NCBI GenBank assembly: GCA_028709785.1
Contig: JAQUTK010000003.1
Coordinates: 7,607-71,606 of the forward strand
From: Bacteroidales bacterium
Lineage (GTDB): Bacteria; Bacteroidota; Bacteroidia; Bacteroidales; JAQUTK01
DNA: 64,000 nt
Direction: 5' to 3'
The notes under the pieces were generated by a model. It saw only the letters and a program-made list of their open reading frames with translations, did no database searches and was not told the DNA's origin. Shown here one piece after another: positions 17,536-26,341 of this stretch. The translations under genes were made by a program, and so were the position numbers. Positions within the stretch are counted from its first letter, which is position 1, and the number at the start of each line of letters is the position of its first letter.

Positions 17536-18414
17536 TTAGCTGCTTTTGTATTGGCTTGGAGACATACCTGTCTGATCCTTAAAGTATTTTCCAAAAAAGG
17601 ATTGATTTGCAAAATGAAGTTCGTCGGCTATCTGCTGGATTGTTTTGTTAGGTGTCTTAAGCATCGCTTTCGCAGAGAGTATTACAAAATTATCAATCCA
17701 TTCACTAGCTGACTTTCCCGTTACCTCTTTTACTGTACTGGATAAATGCTTGGGAGTGAGACAAAGTTTATCAGCATAAAAGGCAACGCTCCTGTTTTTG
17801 TTATAATTTAGCAGAATCTCGTTTAAAAATAGTTCAAAGAGCTCTTCTTTGCGGCTTCTTTTGACTCGTTCAGAGGGTTGATGTTTCAGAATGATAGTCA
17901 TAACCTCATGATAAAGAGCTTGTAGGAGCCCTTTAACAATCTCCTTTTTATAGGGTGAGTGTTCAGCTTTGATCTTCATCCATATGAATGAATGATATTC
18001 CAGTAGTGTACTCAATTCATTCTTTTCCAAAGTGGTGCAGGGATTGTTAATCACATGAAGAATGATGGGCACTGTGTTTTGAAACGAGCTTATATTCCCT
18101 TCTATGAAATTCTGAGTCATCGCAAAACACCTTACAGAGAAGTCTTCGCTTTTATAAAGAAACTGGACAATCTGATCTGGGGTGGTAACCAAAAGAATAT
18201 TCTCTCTCAATGTGATGTTTTTCAGATTGAGACTTATTTCGGCACTCCCTTTCAGACAAATAGCAAAGATAATTGCATCCGTTTTACGTGGATAGTCGAT
18301 GATTGGTAAATTCGAGATGTCACCAAAAATTACAAAGTCATCTCCAATTGTGTCCATTGGAATGAAATCTTTAATGAAATTCAATGTTTCATTTAGGTCG
18401 TTGTACTGCTTCAC
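17536..18414 (-). CDS. AraC family transcriptional regulator
   Basis: C-terminal HTH FYADKLCLTPKHLSSTVKEVTGKSASEWIDNFVILSAKAML...LHFANQSFFGKYFKDQTGMSPSQYK. GTG start. Divergent from the efflux operon. Confidence 0.8.
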   Translation of the reverse strand: MKQYNDLNETLNFIKDFIPMDTIGDDFVIFGDISNLPIIDYPRKTDAIIFAICLKGSAEISLNLKNITLRENILLVTTPDQIVQFLYKSEDFSVRCFAMTQNFIEGNISSFQNTVPIILHVINNPCTTLEKNELSTLLEYHSFIWMKIKAEHSPYKKEIVKGLLQALYHEVMTIILKHQPSERVKRSRKEELFELFLNEILLNYNKNRSVAFYADKLCLTPKHLSSTVKEVTGKSASEWIDNFVILSAKAMLKTPNKTIQQIADELHFANQSFFGKYFKDQTGMSPSQYKSS

Positions 18415-18431
18415 TTTTCCTTTTTTGACTA

Positions 18432-18439
18432 CAAAAGTA
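18432..18439 (-). promoter_or_regulatory. Candidate -7 box for the AraC regulator at 17536-18414
   Basis: Minus strand TACTTTTG, 18 nt upstream of GTG 18414. Confidence 0.5.
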
Positions 18440-18574
18440 TCTAATTTGTTTGATTATTGAAAACAAATCGGTGTTTTAGGACAATATTGTGGATATTCAG
18501 AACTTTTGAAATAGGATAAAAGAGCTGACCTTTGCACTTCAAAGAATAGGTATAATTCAGTAAAAAAATTAAGT

Positions 18575-19597
18575 ATGCGAAAGTTGAAGTATGTATTTGT
18601 CATTGCGCTTGTCAGTATGACGGGTTGCACAGGCAAAAAAGAAACATCAGGATCCAACGGTGTGATCCCGGTCAAGGTACAGGAAGCAAGATTGTCATTA
18701 GAAGCTAATGAATGTAACTATGTGGGAACTGTAGAAGAAATCTCAGGCTCTTCACTTAGTTTTCAAATGGCCGGAAACGTTCAAAAAGTATTTGTGTCTG
18801 AAGGTGAATCTGTTTCCAAGGGACAGTTACTTGCTGTCCTTGATAAGGCAACCGTAAAGAATATGTATGAAGCGGCTCTTTCTACATTAAAACGAGCCCA
18901 GGATGGATACGAAAGACTTTCTGCACTGTATGAAAAAGGAAGTTTGCCGGAGATTAAGTTTGTGGAAATTCAGACCTCTTTGCAACAAGCGCAATCAGCG
19001 GAAAGAATTGCTCACAAAAACCTTGACGATTGCAACCTTTATGCACCATTCAACGGTGTGATTGCAGACCGTTCTGTTGAACCAGGAATGAATGTCGTGC
19101 CCGGAGTATCTGTATTTAAACTGGTAACCATAGATAAGGTAAAAGTGAAAGCCTCTATTCCTGAAAATGAAATTTCTCAAATGAAAGAAGGTCAAACTGC
19201 TCGTGTCAACGTGGCTGCCTTGAATCATAAAGTGTTTGAGGGTATAATCAAGGAAAAAGGAGTGATGGCTAACCCTCTTTCGCATACCTATGAAATAAAA
19301 GTGGAACTCAACAATCCGGATAAAGAATTGATGCCGGGAATGGTTTGTGAAGTTCTGATTTCATCAGATACTACAGCAAAAGGGATTATTATACCTAACA
19401 ATGCCATTCAAATATTGAATGCTGGAGAACATTTCGTATGGCTTTTCAAAGACGGAGTTGCCAGACAGAAATTGGTTACTACAGGGGCCATTACCAATCA
19501 GGGAGTAGTCGTTACTTCCGGATTGGCTCAAGGTGACAAAGTTATAGTGGAAGGCAATCAGAAAGTAAGTGAAGGAATGAAAATCGAAGTAAGATGA
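18575..19597 (+). CDS. Efflux RND transporter periplasmic adaptor (MFP/HlyD family) lipoprotein
   Basis: Lipobox VSMTGC. Lipoyl/beta-barrel pattern typical of adaptors. Stop overlaps the next start (ATGA, 19594-19597). Confidence 0.85.
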   Translation: MRKLKYVFVIALVSMTGCTGKKETSGSNGVIPVKVQEARLSLEANECNYVGTVEEISGSSLSFQMAGNVQKVFVSEGESVSKGQLLAVLDKATVKNMYEAALSTLKRAQDGYERLSALYEKGSLPEIKFVEIQTSLQQAQSAERIAHKNLDDCNLYAPFNGVIADRSVEPGMNVVPGVSVFKLVTIDKVKVKASIPENEISQMKEGQTARVNVAALNHKVFEGIIKEKGVMANPLSHTYEIKVELNNPDKELMPGMVCEVLISSDTTAKGIIIPNNAIQILNAGEHFVWLFKDGVARQKLVTTGAITNQGVVVTSGLAQGDKVIVEGNQKVSEGMKIEVR

Positions 19598-22500
19598 GTG
19601 CAAAAAAATATGATATTGTAGAATTGGCCATGAGGCACAGACAGATTGTTGTGTTGGTTGTCTCGTTGCTTGTTCTGTTTGGTGTGTATGCACTGATTGT
19701 GATGCCCAAACAAGAGTTTCCTGTCTTTACTATTCGTCAGGGATTGGTCATTGGGGTGTATCCCGGAGCTACTTCGGCAGAAGTTGAGGAACAACTCGCC
19801 AAACCGCTGGAAAAGTATATATTCACCTATAAAGAGGTAAAAAAGAGAAAGACTGTTTCTACTTCCAAAGAGGGAATGGTCATCATCAAAGTTGAGTTGA
19901 ACGATGATGTAAAGAATAAGGATGAATTTTGGTCCAAGTTTAAACATGGTGTGCAAGATTTCAAAGTGCAACTCCCTGCCGGAGTATTGGCACTGATGGT
20001 CAATGATGACTTTGGTGACACTTCAGCCTTGCTTATCACACTGGAATCTCAAGATAAGACTTATCGTGAATTGGAGAAATATCTGGAAGAACTTGAAAAC
20101 AGAGTGCGTAAGATTGATGCTGTGGCCAATCTTCGCAGATATGGTCTCCAAAAGGAGCAAATAGGTGTTTATATTGAGCAGGAAAAGTTGGCTGCTTATG
20201 GTATTAGTTCTCCCACGCTGACTGCCAATCTCTTTTCGCAGGGATTTACCTCTCTGAGTGGATCCATCGATAACGATTCATTTGTGGCTCCGATCCATAT
20301 ATCCGAAACGTTTAAAAGCGAAAAAGACATTGCAGAACAAATTATTTACTCAGATCCAACCGGGCATGTTATCCGTCTGAAAGATGTGGCACGAATTGTT
20401 CGTGAATATCCCGATCCGGATTCTTACATTAAGAACAATGGGAAGAAATGCATCCTGCTTTCTATGGAGATGCGATCTGGAAATAATATTGTTCAATTTG
20501 GAAAGGATGTGAATGAGGTATTGGAAGCATATCAGAAAGAGTTGCCCGAAAGTGTCAGCATGTATCGTATTGCTGATCAGTCTAAAGTGGTCGGCGATTC
20601 CGTTTTGTCTTTCCTTGAGGAGCTTCTGATAGCTATCGCGGCAGTCGTTCTGGTTATCATGGCACTGCTGCCTTTCCGTGTGGCAGCAGTGGCTGCTTCT
20701 ACCATCCCTATTTCAATCTTTATATCATTAGGGCTATTTTATGCATTCGGAATTGAACTCAATACGGTAACACTTGCTGTTCTGATCGTTACGTTAGGAA
20801 TGATAGTAGATAACTCTGTTGTAATCATTGACAGTTATCTGGAGAAACTGGGTCAGGGTGTGCCTCGTTGGCAAGCATCCATTGAAAGTGCCAAAGAATA
20901 CTTTAAGCCTATTTTTTCCGCCACCTTGGCGATTAGTGTCACGTTTTTTCCATTCCTGATTACAACAAAAGGACTGTTCAATGATTTTCTTCAGTCCTTC
21001 CCATGGGCAATGACGATTGTCTTGGCTATTTCTTTGCTTGTGGCGATATTGCTTGTCCCGTATATGCAATATTTCTTTATCCGCCACGGATTGAAACCTA
21101 CTGATTCAGTAGATGGAAAGAAGAAGTATAGCTTTTTGGAGTCGCTGCAAGAAAAATATGAAAAACTACTGTCTGTTTGTTTTGCACATCCGAAGATTAC
21201 CTTGGGTATTGGCGGAATCACTGTTTTAGCCGGTGCTCTTTTATTTTCCTCTCTTCCGCAGAAACTCATGCCTACGGCAGACCGTAATCAGTTTGCCGTG
21301 GAAATCTTTCTGCCAAGTGGCTCTTCAATTGAGAACACCGCCGCTGTAGCCGACACAATGGAAAATAAATTGAGGAAGGATCCCCGGGTCGTTAATATCA
21401 CCTCTTTTGTAGGCGAAGGCTCTCCGCGATTTCATACGTCGTATGCGCCCAATATGCCCGGTAGTAACTATGCTCAGTTTATAGTAAACACGGAGTCCAA
21501 TAAAGCTACCATTGCCTTGCTGGACGAATATGCCGATAAATATGCCAACTATTTTCCGGATGCATATGTCCGTTTCAAGCAACTCGATTATTCAGAAGCT
21601 GCTACACCTATTGAAATACGATTGACAGGAGACAAGCTCGGCGACTTAAAACGTGGAGCAGACAGCCTCTTACTTGTAATGAGAAAGATAGATGGCCTTA
21701 CCTTGGTTCGCTCCAACTTTGAGCAGCAGATTCCCGGGGCAATGATTCAGATTGATAACGATGAAGCTAATAGGCTCGGTATTAACAAGACGTTAGTCTC
21801 GGCCAATATGGCTATGCGTTTTGGCTCAGGAATCCCTCTTACAACATTGTGGGATGAAGACTATGCCATGCCTGTAAAACTGAAAGCGGAACGGAAACAT
21901 GATCCGAATTTTGAAGATATGGGTAACGAATATGTTTCTTCTTTTATTCCAGGTGTATCGGTTCCTTTGCGACAGATTGCCAAAGTGGAACCCGACTGGA
22001 CAGAGGGTCAGATAATCCGCCGCAATGGGGTACGCACTATTTCAGTTGTGGCAGATGTTAAACGAGGGGTAAATGTGGCGAGTATGACTGCTCAAGTGGC
22101 GAAGAAAGTTGAACAGGTTCCCATTCCTCAGGGAGTTGCTCTTTCCGTTGGAGGACAACGAGAGTTTGATGAAGAGGCGCTGCCTATGATTGTTGGTGGA
22201 TTGGCTGTGGCAATCGTGATCATTTTCTTCATCCTGCTGGCTCATTTCCGAAAGATTAATCTGGCACTTCTTATCATGGGGTCTATCTCCTTAACGATAT
22301 TTGGTGCTGCTTTCGGTGTGTTGATTCTGAGGCAGGATGTCAGTCTGACCGGAGTTTTGGGCATAGTCAGTTTGATGGGTATTCTTGTGCGAAATGGAAT
22401 TATTATGCTTGATTACGCAGAGGATCTGAGACATAAACAGCAGTTTGATGTGTATAATGCAGCACTTCAAGCCGCCAAACGGAGAATGCGACCCATTTTC

Positions 22501-22695
22501 CTCACTTCAGCCGCAGCGTCAATGGGTGTTATACCGATGATTATCAGCAAGAGTGGTTTGTGGGCTCCGATGGGTACGATTATTTGTTTTGGAACACTCA
22601 TATCGATGATAATGGTGGTGACGGTTCTTCCGGTTGCTTACTGGATGATATTCAGAGGTAATCACAAGGGAATTACTTCACCGGAGATAGTATAA
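19594..22695 (+). CDS. Efflux RND transporter permease (AcrB/HAE family)
   Basis: 1033 aa with the duplicated 6-TM plus large-loop architecture and conserved TM4 region VLIVTLGMIVDNSVVIID. Confidence 0.9.
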   Translation: MSAKKYDIVELAMRHRQIVVLVVSLLVLFGVYALIVMPKQEFPVFTIRQGLVIGVYPGATSAEVEEQLAKPLEKYIFTYKEVKKRKTVSTSKEGMVIIKVELNDDVKNKDEFWSKFKHGVQDFKVQLPAGVLALMVNDDFGDTSALLITLESQDKTYRELEKYLEELENRVRKIDAVANLRRYGLQKEQIGVYIEQEKLAAYGISSPTLTANLFSQGFTSLSGSIDNDSFVAPIHISETFKSEKDIAEQIIYSDPTGHVIRLKDVARIVREYPDPDSYIKNNGKKCILLSMEMRSGNNIVQFGKDVNEVLEAYQKELPESVSMYRIADQSKVVGDSVLSFLEELLIAIAAVVLVIMALLPFRVAAVAASTIPISIFISLGLFYAFGIELNTVTLAVLIVTLGMIVDNSVVIIDSYLEKLGQGVPRWQASIESAKEYFKPIFSATLAISVTFFPFLITTKGLFNDFLQSFPWAMTIVLAISLLVAILLVPYMQYFFIRHGLKPTDSVDGKKKYSFLESLQEKYEKLLSVCFAHPKITLGIGGITVLAGALLFSSLPQKLMPTADRNQFAVEIFLPSGSSIENTAAVADTMENKLRKDPRVVNITSFVGEGSPRFHTSYAPNMPGSNYAQFIVNTESNKATIALLDEYADKYANYFPDAYVRFKQLDYSEAATPIEIRLTGDKLGDLKRGADSLLLVMRKIDGLTLVRSNFEQQIPGAMIQIDNDEANRLGINKTLVSANMAMRFGSGIPLTTLWDEDYAMPVKLKAERKHDPNFEDMGNEYVSSFIPGVSVPLRQIAKVEPDWTEGQIIRRNGVRTISVVADVKRGVNVASMTAQVAKKVEQVPIPQGVALSVGGQREFDEEALPMIVGGLAVAIVIIFFILLAHFRKINLALLIMGSISLTIFGAAFGVLILRQDVSLTGVLGIVSLMGILVRNGIIMLDYAEDLRHKQQFDVYNAALQAAKRRMRPIFLTSAAASMGVIPMIISKSGLWAPMGTIICFGTLISMIMVVTVLPVAYWMIFRGNHKGITSPEIV

Positions 22696-22724
22696 TTATA
22701 ATTAACAACAGATCAGATAAGTCT

Positions 22725-23999
22725 ATGAAAAGAAATAATATAGTACTCTTGGCCCTTTTGTTGTTGTCCGTACAAGGAGTTTCTGCCCAGGAACTCCTGA
22801 CATTGGAACAATGCAAACAAATGGCGCTGGAGAATAACGTGAAGATAAAGAATGCACGTTTGGAACAAAAGGCTTCCATGCAGACAAAGAAAGAGGCTTT
22901 CACGAACTACTTCCCGGTGATCAATGTGAGTGGAGGTGGATTTGATACCGATAAAGGTATGGCCGTACTGAATCTCGGCGTTATGAATATGACGATGATG
23001 GAAAATGGTATTATGGGAAGCATCACCGCAACGCAGCCTGTGTTTGCCGGCGGACGAATAATCAATGGCAACAAACTGGCTCAACTTGGCACGGAGGTGA
23101 GTGAATATCAGTTGGAAATGACGGAAGACGAAGTGGCCTTACATGCTGAGCAGTATTATTGGCAGATCGTTTCGCTGGAAGAAAAGAAAAAGACAATCAA
23201 TATTCTGCAGCAATTACTTAGCAATCTGCATAAGGATGTGACAGCCGCTTATGAAGCCGGAATCAGTAACAAGAATGATGTATTGAAAGTCGAACTTAAG
23301 ATGAATGAGATTGAAAGTAACAAGCTAAAGCTGAACAATGGAATTAATCTGTGCAGAATGGCATTGTGTCAGTACATAGGTCTATCTCAGAAGGAGTTCG
23401 CATTGGATACCACGGCCTTCAAAGTCATTGCACCACCCGATCAATATCGTGTCAGTCATGAAGAGGCTCTGCCACTTCGGGCAGAATATAAGTTACTGGA
23501 TAAAAATGTGGAAGTGAATAAGCTGCAGACCAATATGAAGATTGGAGAATATCTGCCTCAGATAGGTGTCGGAGCAGGGTATATGTATCACGATGTCTTG
23601 GATAAAGGTCATGACTTTGGTATTATTTATGCCACCGTTTCGGTTCCTCTTTCTTCCTGGTGGGGTGGATCACATGCCATAAAGAAGCAGAAGATAAAGA
23701 CCAAAATGGCCGAGAACTCAAAACAGGACAACAGTGAACAGCTTCTCATTCAGATGCAGCAATTGTGGAATGAGCTGGAGGAATCATATCAACAGGTGGA
23801 ATTAGCAAGCAAGTCTGTTGTTTCTGCAACCGAGAATGTGCGGTTGAACATTGATTATTATGCAGCCGGAACTATTGCTTTATCAGATCTACTGGATGCG
23901 CAGACTCTTTTGCAGCAAAGCAGAGACCAGTACACCGAAGCTTGTACAAATTACCTGACGAAAAGAACCAGGTATTTGCAGGTTACCAACAGACACTGA
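22725..23999 (+). CDS. TolC family outer-membrane efflux protein
   Basis: Signal peptide, a two-repeat OEP pattern, and position as the third gene of the MFP-RND-OMP operon. Confidence 0.85.
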   Translation: MKRNNIVLLALLLLSVQGVSAQELLTLEQCKQMALENNVKIKNARLEQKASMQTKKEAFTNYFPVINVSGGGFDTDKGMAVLNLGVMNMTMMENGIMGSITATQPVFAGGRIINGNKLAQLGTEVSEYQLEMTEDEVALHAEQYYWQIVSLEEKKKTINILQQLLSNLHKDVTAAYEAGISNKNDVLKVELKMNEIESNKLKLNNGINLCRMALCQYIGLSQKEFALDTTAFKVIAPPDQYRVSHEEALPLRAEYKLLDKNVEVNKLQTNMKIGEYLPQIGVGAGYMYHDVLDKGHDFGIIYATVSVPLSSWWGGSHAIKKQKIKTKMAENSKQDNSEQLLIQMQQLWNELEESYQQVELASKSVVSATENVRLNIDYYAAGTIALSDLLDAQTLLQQSRDQYTEACTNYLTKRTRYLQVTNRH

Positions 24000-24028
24000 T
24001 TCAAACGACTTTTTCATGCTTTTTCAGA

Positions 24029-24076
24029 GGAAGAGGAGCACCACACGAACTCGTGAGTTGCTCCTCTTCTAATTTT
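24029..24076 (+). terminator. Intrinsic terminator after the TolC-family gene
   Basis: GAAGAGGAGCA (24030-24040) pairs with TGCTCCTCTTC (24059-24069). Inner CACG/CGTG helix, then TAATTTT. Confidence 0.55.
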
Positions 24077-24470
24077 AGGCATTGAGAAGCATGAGAGATT
24101 TCTTTTCGAGTAAGGAGTGGGGTTATTGTATTTTGTTTGTACAAGCAATGAGTAGCCTGTCTGGCAAGAGTCTGGTGGAAAAGAGGATTGAACGGAATGC
24201 GGTGAACACCTATCATGAATTCTTGGCTTTACAGGGCAGATTCAGATCGTTGATTGTCAATGATTTGAAGAAATTATTTTTCCATTCGTATCCGACTGGA
24301 ATTTCATCTGTATGTTTCGACAAAAACATCTAAATGAAACCGGAAAAACATACGGAAGAAATCCCGGAAACATCAGGATAAAATTAGTCTCCTTTCCTGA
24401 CCTCTTTTGAAGCAGAAAAGGTGACTATTCTGAAGGCTGCTTATTGTCTGGAATTTACATTCCCTGTTTT

Positions 24471-25838
24471 TTAAATCTGCACTTCGCCAAGTAAAGTGGC
24501 CGATGAAGCTGATGTAATCTTTACCTGTATAAAATCGCCGACACGCTGACCGCTCCGATCAAAAATGACAACTTTGTTTTGTGAAGTACGTCCAAACATT
24601 TGATCGGTTGAACGCTTGGAAACTCCCTCGACAAGTACTTCATAGGTTTTGCCCACACACTTCTTGTTCTGCTCTTTGGATATCTTGTTTTGCAGAGCGA
24701 TAATCTCTTCCAACCGCTTGATCTTTACCTCTTCAGGAACATCATCTGTGAGATGCTCAGAGGCAAAAGTACCAGGGCGCTCAGAATATTTAAACATGAA
24801 CGCGCTATCGTACCCTACCTCTTTCATTAAGCTGAGGGTTTCTTGCTGATCTTCATCCGTCTCCGAGTGAAATCCACAGAAGAGATCGGTGCTGATCGCG
24901 CATTCAGGCACAATACGCCGGATGGCAGCGATGCGGTCCAGATACCATTCACGTGTATATTTTCGGTTCATCAGTTTGAGGATCTTATTACTTCCCGACT
25001 GACAGGGAAGATGAATAAAGCGACAGAGATTCGGGTATTTTGCAATGGCCTCCAGCGTTTCATCACTCATATCTTTCGGATGAGAAGTCATAAACCGGAT
25101 GCGCATTCCCGGAGCAGCTTCAGCTACCATAGCCAGCAGACGGGGGAAGGTAATCACCGATTCTCCTTTCGTATAGGAATAGGAATTTACATTTTGTCCC
25201 AGCAGAGTGACCTCTTTATATCCTTTTAGCTCTAAGTCTTTCAGTTCTTTGAGGATACTCTCTGCATCACGACTCCGTTCCCTGCCACGGGTATACGGCA
25301 CAATGCAATACGAACAGAAGTTATTACACCCCCGCATAATTGAAATAAAACCGCAAATCTGTTTGCCGATACGTGCCGGAAGCACGTTGCGATAGGTTTC
25401 CGTTTGCGATAGTTCGACGTTGATCGCCTTTTCTCCTTTTTCAACAGCACCAATCAGATTGGGAAGATCCATATACGCATCCGGACCAGCGACCAGATCG
25501 ACTCCGTAGTTGGTAATCAGATCCTCGCGTACCCTTTCCGCCATACATCCCAATACTCCAATGATAAGATGCTTTTTTTTCTTCTTCAGAGATTGGAAAT
25601 ATTGAAGCCGTCCAAGCACTTTTTGTTCGGCGTTATCTCTTACCGAACAGGTATTTACCAGAATCGCATCTGCATCCTCAATCCGGTCGGTTATTTCATA
25701 TCCATCCATTTGAAGGACAGAAGTTACCACTTCACTATCGGCAACATTCATCTGACAGCCGTACGTTTCCAGAAACAACTTCTTGGAAGCTGAGTCAAAC
25801 TCTTTATTTTTTTTGATAAAATCAGTTGATTCTGACAT
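24471..25838 (-). CDS. miaB: tRNA (N6-isopentenyl-adenosine37-C2)-methylthiotransferase
   Basis: UPF0004 N-domain (LETYGCQMN), radical-SAM CNNFCSYCIVP, C-terminal TRAM domain. Confidence 0.9.
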   Translation of the reverse strand: MSESTDFIKKNKEFDSASKKLFLETYGCQMNVADSEVVTSVLQMDGYEITDRIEDADAILVNTCSVRDNAEQKVLGRLQYFQSLKKKKKHLIIGVLGCMAERVREDLITNYGVDLVAGPDAYMDLPNLIGAVEKGEKAINVELSQTETYRNVLPARIGKQICGFISIMRGCNNFCSYCIVPYTRGRERSRDAESILKELKDLELKGYKEVTLLGQNVNSYSYTKGESVITFPRLLAMVAEAAPGMRIRFMTSHPKDMSDETLEAIAKYPNLCRFIHLPCQSGSNKILKLMNRKYTREWYLDRIAAIRRIVPECAISTDLFCGFHSETDEDQQETLSLMKEVGYDSAFMFKYSERPGTFASEHLTDDVPEEVKIKRLEEIIALQNKISKEQNKKCVGKTYEVLVEGVSKRSTDQMFGRTSQNKVVIFDRSGQRVGDFIQVKITSASSATLLGEVQI

Positions 25839-25846
25839 ATTATGCC

Positions 25847-25854
25847 TATTTTTG
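25847..25854 (+). promoter_or_regulatory. Candidate -7 box for the small membrane protein / CoA-transferase / nadB unit
   Basis: TATTTTTG, 21 nt upstream of ATG 25875. Confidence 0.5.
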
Positions 25855-25857
25855 GGG

Positions 25858-25865
25858 CAAAATTA
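25858..25865 (-). promoter_or_regulatory. Candidate -7 box for miaB
   Basis: Minus strand TAATTTTG, 20 nt upstream of ATG 25838. It lies 3 nt from the oppositely oriented box at 25847-25854. Confidence 0.45.
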
Positions 25866-25874
25866 CATAAAACT

Positions 25875-26327
25875 ATGGACAGTTTCGGTGATTGGGGTTA
25901 TTTAATAATGACGGTTGTTGTTTTATTGATTAGTATTCTTGGTAAAAAACCGAAGAAAGAGCAAGCGTCTGAGTTGCCCAAAAAGCAAGAAAAAATGCCA
26001 CAACGATCTATTTTTCAATCTATTGATAAAGTTCTTAGTGAAGTGAGAGAGTTGAGCACAGATGTGAAAGAATGGAATTATGAAGTAAGGGACGAACGTC
26101 CTGTTGTCCATAAAAAAACGATTTCCCCTCAATTTGTCTCCCCTTCCAAATCCAATCATTCTTCCGTTTCAGCTTTTACCCATTCAAGTGAATTATCCAA
26201 AGAATCTCCGGCAGAGATGTCGAAGGAGACAACCACATCCGAACCTATATTTTCGTTCACTGATTTAGATGACATGAAGAAGGCGGTGATTTACTCGGAA
26301 ATATTGAATAGAAAATACATTTATTAA
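25875..26327 (+). CDS. Hypothetical N-terminally membrane-anchored protein
   Basis: ATG 25875 (MDSFGDWGYLIMTVVVLLISILG...) preferred because TATTTTTG lies at 25847-25854. One TM segment, a low-complexity middle, and a C-terminal AVIYSEILNRKY tail. Confidence 0.5.
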   Translation: MDSFGDWGYLIMTVVVLLISILGKKPKKEQASELPKKQEKMPQRSIFQSIDKVLSEVRELSTDVKEWNYEVRDERPVVHKKTISPQFVSPSKSNHSSVSAFTHSSELSKESPAEMSKETTTSEPIFSFTDLDDMKKAVIYSEILNRKYIY

Positions 26328-26341
26328 ACAGTAACAAACAT

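Noticed and set aside
24082-24333. 83-aa ORF (TTG start; ATG at 24091) as a real gene
   Set aside because: It has no recognisable domain, signal or TM segment and no -7 box, and it begins immediately after a terminator. I kept it only as part of the gap finding.
17394-24470. AraC plus RND efflux cassette as a genomic island integrated at the tRNA 3' end
   Set aside because: There is no integrase, transposase or mobilisation gene. I saw no direct repeat of the tRNA 3' end in 24000-24470; the only shared string is TCCCGG. The tRNA is followed by its own terminator. Composition was not computed.
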